From the NCBI GenBank assembly GCA_963772835.1, contig CAVYYZ010000003.1, positions 192,001-256,000 on the forward strand: a stretch of 64,000 nucleotides of DNA, written 5' to 3'. The notes beneath the pieces are model-generated. The model was not told the origin of the DNA and made no database searches. It worked only from the letters and a program-made list of their open reading frames with translations. Below are positions 42,325-50,192 of the stretch, one piece after another. Each line of letters opens with the position of its first letter. The stretch's first letter is position 1. Position numbers and translations under genes: made by a program. Source of the stretch: an uncultured delta proteobacterium (GTDB lineage Bacteria; Desulfobacterota; Desulfuromonadia; Geobacterales; Pseudopelobacteraceae).

Positions 42325-43134
42325 TTACTTAATGATCTTTAAATTACCTGGTGGCGCAAAAGTGGAGACTGGCGTTAGAGAGGAATTAGAAATAACAACA
42401 TCATCAATATACATTACAGTCGTTTGATCAAAGCCTGAGTTCGACCATCCAAGTAAATACATTTCGTTAATATAGTTTCTACCAGCACTTCCATACATGT
42501 CTAAATTTGTATAACTTACCACCTGCACTCCGTTCTTCCAAACTTGGACTATCCCATCATTAGCTGTGGAACTTGTCGGAACCTTGACCCTTACCATTAC
42601 TTCCATCCATTTTCCGCGGTCTACCGTAGCTATAAAGTTATTGAATACAGTCATAGCTGGCTTCTCGCTCCCGTTATGGTAACGATGAATATCCAAGTTA
42701 GAATTGCCCCCTGACGCAGCAGAGAGAGATAGGTTTATTTGGAATCCCGGAGACGTGTATGGGTTAGCGTAAATGGCCCAAAATTTATTATTGTTTGGAC
42801 TTACATTTCTATGAGAATAATTAGTGGGTATATACACATACATACGGCCCCAAAACTCATTTATTTGTGGAAGAACTGCACGCTGCTCTGCCCATGCATC
42901 GGCAGTCTGGTCTGAGTTACCATTAAACTGGAACCTTAAAGAATGTGATCCAGAATGGGCCATCTCGGTTGATATAGTAGTTGTTGAAGGGGTATAGTCA
43001 CCCCAATAGCCACCACCAGTTGAAGCTGAGCGATCACCAGATTCAAAACCATCTTGCAATAGTGTTTGTGCATTAATAGTCTGGGTTGTTATGCACAAGA
43101 ACAGAACAGCGAAAAAACAAATAACTTTTTTCAT
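42325..43134 (-). CDS. Secreted beta-sandwich protein, polysaccharide-lyase-like/ConA-like
   Basis: Signal peptide, DGFESG, YVYIP, NNKFW, GKWMEV, DGIVQVWKNG, MYIDDVVIS; C-terminal APPGNLKIIK. Confidence 0.6.
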   Translation of the reverse strand: MKKVICFFAVLFLCITTQTINAQTLLQDGFESGDRSASTGGGYWGDYTPSTTTISTEMAHSGSHSLRFQFNGNSDQTADAWAEQRAVLPQINEFWGRMYVYIPTNYSHRNVSPNNNKFWAIYANPYTSPGFQINLSLSAASGGNSNLDIHRYHNGSEKPAMTVFNNFIATVDRGKWMEVMVRVKVPTSSTANDGIVQVWKNGVQVVSYTNLDMYGSAGRNYINEMYLLGWSNSGFDQTTVMYIDDVVISNSSLTPVSTFAPPGNLKIIK

Positions 43135-43257
43135 TTTTTTCTCCCTTCATTGATTTAATAGATTAATTGTGAAAGCAAGATCTGATTTAGCAACCAGATT
43201 ACTCCCTTCACAAACAACAAACTTCATGCCTTAATGTGGTTTCCCCTGGTTAACAAC

Positions 43258-43305
43258 AAAAAAAACCGGGGCCAAAACCATTAATATGGCATTTCGGCAA
43301 CCCGG
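43258..43305 (-). terminator. Intrinsic terminator of the riboswitch expression platform
   Basis: Minus strand CCGGGuuGCCGAAAuGCCAU-loop-AUGGUUUUGGCCCCGG followed by a U run; 5' arm overlaps the aptamer 3' end. Confidence 0.75.
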
Positions 43306-43367
43306 CTGTCTCGGTGAGACCCGTAGGCTTTCCGCCCCATCTTTGCAGATGGTTTAGTATTATCGTC
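43291..43367 (-). promoter_or_regulatory. GEMM-I (c-di-GMP-I family) riboswitch, Geobacter-type GEMM-Ib / 3',3'-cGAMP-like
   Basis: Minus strand GACGAUAAUACUAAACCAUCUGCAAAGAUGGGGCGGAAAGCCUACGGGUCUCACCGAGACAGCCGGGUUGCCGAAAU: P2 with GCAA tetraloop, GUCUC/GAGAC hairpin, in the 5' leader of 42325-43134. Confidence 0.92.
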
Positions 43368-43464
43368 TACCTCATATATTCTTATGTGCTGTATATCATG
43401 GCCCATGTGTCTTCCGATGTGATTGGAATCACAATAAATCCGGTAAAATGTTTTTGTGTGAATT

Positions 43465-44586
43465 TCACCTCTCCGACGGTGCCCACATGACCATCCTGCT
43501 GCCTCTGACGTACCGCCACCACGCGGCAATAATGGCTGCATTGACTGTTACGAAATAAACAGGAATCTTCACCAATGCATGGGTAGACATAGATTTAGCG
43601 CCCCATCCAAGCAGGGCAATAAGGTAAAAAGTAATATGAAGTGCAAAGATTATGGAGTATCCGACCGAATTAAAACTTAATGCCGCATTGGTCAAAAAAG
43701 CGGCACACAGGAAGAGAGGCACCAGCCATCTTAGCAGCTTGTGGCAGAAATACTGGTATGAAAACAGTCCGTACCGGAACGGATTAAGAAATTCGAGATT
43801 ATGAAAAAATACCGTCAGTCCTCTGATCACCGTGCGAATTTTACGATCGAACTCACGCTTGCTGTCGGAAATATCCTGATAGCATCCTATGGCATCAGAG
43901 TCACTCACTCCCCGCATCCCTAACTTCATACTATTCAGAACAGTCCTGAAATCACTCTGCATCTCTCCGGAAAAGTCACGACATACGTCAGCGCGTGCAG
44001 CAAAAAACGAGCCGCTGAGTCCGACAAGGGAGTTGACTTTAGATTCCAGATCCCTCAGCCACATTTCATACCTGACATAGAAGCCCTCGCCGCACGGTTT
44101 GCCATCGCGACCGATTACCTTGTCTGAACTGCTTACGCAGCCAACCGATGAATCGGCAAAGTTGGCAATGATTTCCTTAAGTCCGCAGGGATCAATAAGA
44201 GTGGCCACGTCGGAGAAGACGATGATATCACCGGTGGCGTGCAGTACGGCGTCTTTCTGTGCGCTTTCCTTGCCGCGACGTTCTTCGAAGGCAAGGAGCT
44301 CTATGCCGTGGTCAGAGTAATCCAGTACAATCTTGTTAGTCCCATCGGTAGAGCCATCAGAGGCTACCAGTACCTGAAGTTTTCCAGCCGGATACTCCAG
44401 GGTGAGGGTGTTATTGAGTTTTTCCCTGATCCTGCGCTCTTCGTTGCAGGCGGTGATAATGAGGGTCGCACGCGGTTCAAATGAAACTTTTGACGTCGGT
44501 CTCCGTCTCAGCAGGAGAAGGGATAACGGATAACCAAAGTAGGCGTGAAAAACCAGAAATAAAGATGCTGTAAAAAGTAATTCCAT
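43465..44586 (-). CDS. Glycosyltransferase family 2 (membrane-associated)
   Basis: IITACNEE, ASDGSTDGT, RRGKESAQ, FSDVAT, GLSGSFFA, HKLLRW, flanking TMs. Confidence 0.9.
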   Translation of the reverse strand: MELLFTASLFLVFHAYFGYPLSLLLLRRRPTSKVSFEPRATLIITACNEERRIREKLNNTLTLEYPAGKLQVLVASDGSTDGTNKIVLDYSDHGIELLAFEERRGKESAQKDAVLHATGDIIVFSDVATLIDPCGLKEIIANFADSSVGCVSSSDKVIGRDGKPCGEGFYVRYEMWLRDLESKVNSLVGLSGSFFAARADVCRDFSGEMQSDFRTVLNSMKLGMRGVSDSDAIGCYQDISDSKREFDRKIRTVIRGLTVFFHNLEFLNPFRYGLFSYQYFCHKLLRWLVPLFLCAAFLTNAALSFNSVGYSIIFALHITFYLIALLGWGAKSMSTHALVKIPVYFVTVNAAIIAAWWRYVRGSRMVMWAPSER

Positions 44587-44607
44587 GGGAACTCCTCAGG
44601 AAAGCCT

Positions 44608-45786
44608 TTATTGTGCCCAGTTAACTGCATTCTGTTCGCGCCATTCAAGGGTAGGTGACCGCGTCCGGAAATAGAGCCGGCAATACGTTTCAGCCATACT
44701 CTCAGCAGAAAAAAACCGGCAAGCCTTGTCTCTGGCTGCCCGCGACATTTCCACTCGTAGCTCCCTGTTCTCCTGCAGGAGCAGGCATTTTTCCGCAAAT
44801 GCTTCAGGATTGCGACTCTCAATCAGGAATCCCTCGACTCCGTTAGTGATGATCTCGCCGATTCCTCCTACTGCGGGGGCGATGACCGGGATTCCCCGGG
44901 CAATTGCTTCAAGAATGGTCATAGGAATACCTTCGTGAATCGAAGTGTTAAGGTACACATCTATGCCGTTATAAAAATGATCCATATCGTCCTGATACCC
45001 CTTTAAAGTAAAACAATCCTGCAGCCCATAGCGTTGAACCATGGATTCAATAACAGGCCTTTCGGGACCTTCTCCCACCAGTTCAAAGTGAACTTTCCGG
45101 GAGGTGGTGTTACCAATTGATCTGGCAACTTCAACCATGAGCGGGTAGTCCTTTACCGGGAATAAACGTCCGGAAGAGCCGATTACAAACGTTTTGGAAT
45201 TCTGCCGGGTCAAAGTGGCATCCGGCAGTTCAATGCCGTTATGAATTGACTCAATGCTGCTTTCTCTGAATGCATACTGCGTAATAAGTGTCTTTTGTAC
45301 ATCTGTCGATACCGCTACTATTCTCGAGAAACATTTTGACAGCAGGTAGAAATTTATTTTGGAGACAGCCCGGCTCAATAATGAGCCATTCTCACTGACT
45401 ATTTCCGGCAGACCATGCTGGGTGGCGATCAGTTTATTGCTCCGGTGCATGTTTCTGTTGAATGCGACCGACAGGGCAGCCAGAATGTTTTCCTTGTAGC
45501 GATGTGAGTGAATTAGATCAGGAGGATGCATTCTCATGATCTTGCGGGTCTTCCACACGATTTCCCAAAATGAATACTGTTTTTCATCGATCACATGTAC
45601 CGATATACCGATTTCTCTCAATTTATGGGCCAGTTTCCCTTCGTTAAGAAGGATAACAACGAGGTTAAGATCCGGATAGTTCCTTAACTGACTGAGCAGG
45701 GTGAAGGCCATAGATTCTGCGCCTGCCCAGAGGTCGCCGGAAATAAAGTGATATATATTCATCTTTGAAATATCCGTGTTATTCAT
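44608..45786 (-). CDS. Glycosyltransferase family 4
   Basis: SGDLWAGAE, IHNGI, TSIHEGIPMTILEAIARGIP. Confidence 0.9.
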   Translation of the reverse strand: MNNTDISKMNIYHFISGDLWAGAESMAFTLLSQLRNYPDLNLVVILLNEGKLAHKLREIGISVHVIDEKQYSFWEIVWKTRKIMRMHPPDLIHSHRYKENILAALSVAFNRNMHRSNKLIATQHGLPEIVSENGSLLSRAVSKINFYLLSKCFSRIVAVSTDVQKTLITQYAFRESSIESIHNGIELPDATLTRQNSKTFVIGSSGRLFPVKDYPLMVEVARSIGNTTSRKVHFELVGEGPERPVIESMVQRYGLQDCFTLKGYQDDMDHFYNGIDVYLNTSIHEGIPMTILEAIARGIPVIAPAVGGIGEIITNGVEGFLIESRNPEAFAEKCLLLQENRELRVEMSRAARDKACRFFSAESMAETYCRLYFRTRSPTLEWREQNAVNWAQ

Positions 45787-45851
45787 GAGTTATCGGTAAA
45801 TATTCATGTATATTCATCCTTGGGTATCAGTACGTATTTGAACGGCATTTT

Positions 45852-46885
45852 CTAAGTGATATCGAAATTCAACTGTCTGGTATTATCTGTTTCATGTTTT
45901 GTTGGTTCAGCGCTTTGCTCCTTTTGAAGACGCCACAGCCATTTACTGAAAGCTTGTTCGGCTCTTTCGAATGTCCAGGATCTGGAACGGAGGCCCCTTT
46001 TTACTTTGAGTGCATAGCCGTACATTTTGCCGTACATATTATATTCGTCTTCACCGGTGCCCACTTTTTCCATAACCCCAAGGTGGTTCCAGGGCTGCCA
46101 CTGCCGGGCAAACTCTTCAAGTTGCTGCTTCGATAATTCCTCCTTATGCACCCTGATCCCTTTTTTTTGGAGTTTCGGTGAGTCAACTTCTTTAAGTCGT
46201 TGAAAGTTACTGGCCGAGGCGACATCCGTATCCTCCAGCGTTACCGGGAAGTACGGTACACATGCGCCGCAACGATAACAATACCGCTCAATCTGATCGC
46301 GAAATTCCTCTGGATCCTTGTCCCACCACCCATGCTCCACCGGATGACCTCCCGGTCCCTCAAACAGAACATCCATAGCCGCCGCAATTTCGCAGAAAAA
46401 AGATCCCTTCGGGTTTATCGATGCTGACCATCTTCGGTTGACCCAGCAGTCATCAACCAATCGCCCGATTAATTCCTTGTCATCAATAACGTCACTGACA
46501 CTGAGCAACATTGGATGGTGTTTCTGGGTTGTATCTCTGTGGTTGTTCAGGGTGACATTTTCACCGAATGTTTTGCGTACAACTCCGCTGTATACATTCC
46601 AGTTGTAACCCGAAGTAAAAAGATGCCTCTTTTCCGGAGAAACTTTTTTTCTCATAAGATGGCAGATATCAGGAAAATCTGGATGCATCAGCGGTTCTCC
46701 CCCCATGATACCTATGCTGCCTGGAAAGCCGAGTAATCGAATCAATCGCTTTTTCAACCTGTTCAAGATGTCATAAAATAAGTATTCCGGTAATGTCCTG
46801 AAAAACGGGAACAATTCGTACATTCATTCATACAGGCATTAGTTACTTCTATCTGGATCCGGAATTTATCCCGCACTGGTAGCAT
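45852..46885 (-). pseudogene. Radical SAM protein, 5' end broken by two apparent +1 frameshifts
   Basis: RBS AAGGAG then MLPVRDKFRIQIEVTNACMNECTNCSRF (CxxxCxxC) stops at 46763; removing two single bases gives MTLEQVEKAIDSLLGFPGSIGIMGGEP joining the long ORF; span 1034 = 1032+2. Confidence 0.8.
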
Positions 46886-46919
46886 ATAAGTGATCTCCTT
46901 TCGTTTTTTAGAAAAAGTT

Positions 46920-46935
46920 AGCATGTTGTGTGCCA
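46920..46935 (-). promoter_or_regulatory. sigma54 (-24/-12) promoter for the radical SAM-GT4-GT2 unit
   Basis: Minus strand TGGCACACAACATGCT, GG-N10-GC; IHF-consensus TATCAGtgggTTA at 46952-46964. Confidence 0.7.
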
Positions 46936-47467
46936 CAACTAATTGTATGTATATCAGTGGGTTAGGATAGGTATGTGAAGTGCTGAAATGTTAGTAATGC
47001 GTCGATAATAAAAGTAGAAAAGTCATAAAAGCTGAACAGACAAGGGAATTGGTAACAGGTAAATAAATTGCACTCTGATATTTTTTTACTTAACCCGTTG
47101 TTGAAGGTGTAATTAATTTCCCGTCGTACCGATGGGAATTTCATTTTTGTTAATTCGTTCAGCTCGTGTTACCGCACAGCAAAGGCAGCTATATTGTTAA
47201 CATCACGAAATATATTTGCCTTCACTTTAACTCCCTATAAATAGCCGTCCTTGCTCTGTTTTATACATTTGCCGTGTTCTTTTTTGAGCTCTCAGGTTCT
47301 GATATGATATCCATAACAGATAATTACTATTAAAAAAAATGAAAAACTCTTTGGCATGTTTTGTGATTGGTACTGATTTACATTCAGTGGGGCCTCGATG
47401 GTAACACGAACAGTGTCTATTCTGGCCGAACCGGTCAATAACAATTCGTCACTAAAGGAGTTAAACA

Positions 47468-48237
47468 TGAGAATCGAAGAGAATATAAATGAAGAAACAT
47501 GCATTTTCAATTGTTTTTGTCATTGATTTTACTCACTTCTGTTTCTTTTACTGATGGCTTGTGTGGTTGCGGTTCGCAGTAGCAACTCATCGGCAAAAAT
47601 AATGCCCGAATCTATTGTAGTCCAGCCGTATAATAATAAATTGGCAATTGGTAAATCACAACAATTCAAGTTAGTCAGTTCTTACTCCGGTGATGTAAGC
47701 GTCATCAGCGGTCTGGAGTTCGTCGTCTTCCTCCGTTGCTGCAATATCTTCGGCCGGAATGGTGTCAGCAATGGCAGTAGGTGAAACAACGATTTCAGCG
47801 ACCAGAGGAGGGAGTACGTATTCGACAGTTTTGCTGTACCTGTGGTTCCCCCGGTATTCGGCAACATATCAGGGGCACATGCGAGTCCGACCGGGATATG
47901 GGACGGGACGTATACAATTTATGAAGCTATTGATACAAAAGAGATCGGCACATACACGTTTAAATTAAATCTTAACCAAAACGGGACCAGCGTAACCGGA
48001 ACATCATCATTACGTTATAATATTGTCAGCCAGAAAGCGGATGGTACGTTTACTGAAGGAACTATCAACGACAGTGTCATTAATTTTGTCTTCAAATATA
48101 TTGACCCAAGATCCTCGTACGAAATGGTTAATATCGGAACGGCTGTAATTAACGGAAACACGATGACCGGAGAAGTCCTGGAAAACCACAAAAACGGATG
48201 GAATTGCAGTTACCGTTTCACTGTACATAAACAATAA
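47468..48237 (+). pseudogene. Probable lipoprotein with Big_2-like Ig domain, multiply frameshifted
   Basis: Pieces in different frames: hydrophobic leader with GC, PESIVVQP...QQFKL, AVWSSSSSSVAAISSAGMVSAMAVGETTISAT, PTGIWDGTY...LNQNGTSVTG. Confidence 0.6.
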
Positions 48238-48277
48238 CTTCATTCACATTCAGCTGTCTTCCATCGCACATACAGCG

Positions 48278-48314
48278 GCCGGGTACCTGAAAAGGGTGCC
48301 CGGCTTTATATTTT
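48278..48314 (+). terminator. Intrinsic terminator
   Basis: GCCGGGTACC-tgaaaag-GGTGCCCGGC followed by TTTATATTTT. Confidence 0.7.
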
Positions 48315-48635
48315 CGAATAACGAATCACAGCACTACACGGCTCGTGGAAGTATCAATAAGATTATCATGAGATCTGGTTTTTTCTCTTCATTGTCCGTT
48401 CATTCTGTTACATGCCTCCGGCAAGAATAATAACAATTCACGTTTTTTTTGCAGTCACCCGCTTATCCGTGTCATTGCTGCATTTACAGAATCAGGTGGT
48501 ATCAAGGCACACCAAAATGTAACAGCAAATAGTATCCAATAAATTCTTAACACTCTGTAATCACTGTATTTAAAATTTGGCGTAGTACGTGAAGTGGTGG
48601 TATCACCGTTGGGACGATTTCCGAAAGGAGTCAGT

Positions 48636-49634
48636 ATGAAAATAATACTTCCTGTAGCAGGAAAAGGAACCAGGTTGTGGCCTCAGACACAGACGAAAGC
48701 GAAATCTCTTGTTCATGTGGCCGGTAAAACCGTGCTTGAACATATTATCAACCGTCTCAAACATTTGCAGGCAACAGAATATATATTCATCACAGATGAA
48801 AACGGTTGTCAGATCAGTGCGTTTATGGAAGAAAAATTTCCTTCTCTTTCGTGCTGCTATATCGTTCAAAAAGAGCAAAAAGGACCCGCTCACGCGGTAT
48901 CACTCGCCGCCCCATGTATTGGAAAAGACGACGATCTCCTGATAGTCTTCAACGATACTATTTTTGATGCAGATCTCAGCAGGATTAATGACCTCTGCGC
49001 AGGTTGCGATGGCCTTATCTATTCCAAGGAAGTGGAGGATTACCAGCGTTTCGGCGTAAATGTAGTAATTGACGGCTTCATTACAGAAATGGTGGAAAAG
49101 CCGGACAAGCCGGTTTCAAAGCTGGCACAGGTCGGACTTTACTACCTGAAAGACGGATCAGCATTCATGCAGTATCTCAGTCATGCTATATCGGACGGAG
49201 AACTGGTAAAAGGCGAATATTATCTCCCCGCTGTTTTTATGCGGATGATTCAGGACGGGAGAACGTTCAAGGCTCCTGAGATCGATGCCTGGCTGGATTG
49301 CGGCAAGCCCGAAACCCTGCTTGAATCTAACAGCTATCTGCTTATCGGCCGTCATCATATCCATGGTTCAGCTATAGATTCGGTACTTATAGAACCTGTG
49401 CACATCGAAAAGGGGGCTGTTGTACGTGGATGCATACTCGGCCCGAATGTTTCTGTTGCGGCCGGAAGTATCATTGAAACGAGCATCGTCCGGAACTCAA
49501 TTATTAACGGTAAGTCCCACGTCAAAAATATGATTCTGCAGAACTCAATTCTTGGAGACGCTGTTCACCTTACCAGTTCGGCCCGGCGCATGAATATTGG
49601 TGACCACTCGATGATCGAATTGCAAGGAGGATAG
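48636..49634 (+). CDS. Sugar-1-phosphate nucleotidyltransferase (long form with C-terminal beta-helix)
   Basis: IILPVAGKGTRL, MVEKP, WLDCGKPE, hexapeptide-like C-terminus; RBS AAGGAG. Confidence 0.88.
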   Translation: MKIILPVAGKGTRLWPQTQTKAKSLVHVAGKTVLEHIINRLKHLQATEYIFITDENGCQISAFMEEKFPSLSCCYIVQKEQKGPAHAVSLAAPCIGKDDDLLIVFNDTIFDADLSRINDLCAGCDGLIYSKEVEDYQRFGVNVVIDGFITEMVEKPDKPVSKLAQVGLYYLKDGSAFMQYLSHAISDGELVKGEYYLPAVFMRMIQDGRTFKAPEIDAWLDCGKPETLLESNSYLLIGRHHIHGSAIDSVLIEPVHIEKGAVVRGCILGPNVSVAAGSIIETSIVRNSIINGKSHVKNMILQNSILGDAVHLTSSARRMNIGDHSMIELQGG

Positions 49635-49765
49635 TTTCGTATTATCGTGAATAGTCACATCTCCGTGTTCTTCGCAGCATAATTCCGAAGAAAACTCCGC
49701 TGTATACTCCTTTCCCCGCCAGTAGTGAAGGCACTCTTTTATCCTGCAAAAAATACCGTAAATTG

Positions 49766-49782
49766 TGTCGGTCCGGTTTACA
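49766..49782 (+). promoter_or_regulatory. TGT-N11-ACA putative enhancer-binding-protein site
   Basis: TGTcggtccggtttACA ending 62 bp before the sigma54 site. Confidence 0.6.
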
Positions 49783-49843
49783 GTTACAGCCGATATCCTC
49801 CGTATAATAAAATATTACGTAATAAATACAGTTAAATACGATG

Positions 49844-49859
49844 TGGCACGTTTGATGCT
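49844..49859 (+). promoter_or_regulatory. sigma54 (-24/-12) promoter
   Basis: TGGCACGTTTGATGCT, GG-N10-GC. Confidence 0.82.
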
Positions 49860-49917
49860 TTTTATTCTATGTCATTCTACCGGACACTCGATAAAATATG
49901 TCTGAAAGGAGATTGTC

Positions 49918-50130
49918 ATGTTAATCAGAGTGAAATATATGGATGAACATTTTGACATGGTTCGTCCCGATGTTCTGGATCGTCTTCTGGAAGAGGGTAA
50001 AGTTCGTGAGTTTCAACGACATGACGGGTGGGTTATGCCAGGCGTTGCCACCTTGCGTCGTTCGAACAGAAATAAATATTCAGGGTCAGAACGGAGAATG
50101 GAGCATCTGGCACGTCGTGCTTATAGTTAG
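49918..50130 (+). CDS. GSU3473-like small protein
   Basis: RBS AAGGAG; MLIRVKY..DMV..LD.LL..GKV..F.R.DGWV..G...LR...YSGSERR pattern recalled for this Geobacteraceae family. Confidence 0.75.
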   Translation: MLIRVKYMDEHFDMVRPDVLDRLLEEGKVREFQRHDGWVMPGVATLRRSNRNKYSGSERRMEHLARRAYS

Positions 50131-50192
50131 TCGTAGTTGAAATAACGCACAGTGGGGAATTTCCCGTCCTCGACAATGAAGGAGCGTATGCC

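Noticed and set aside
43217..43232. Minus-strand GGCATGAAGTTTGT sigma54-like site between riboswitch and lyase-like gene
   Set aside because: Lacks the T before GG and has GT at -12; too weak to call, though it could be a bypass promoter
43281..43541. 86-aa minus-strand ORF over the riboswitch
   Set aside because: Overlaps the GT2 3' end and the structured RNA; no coding features
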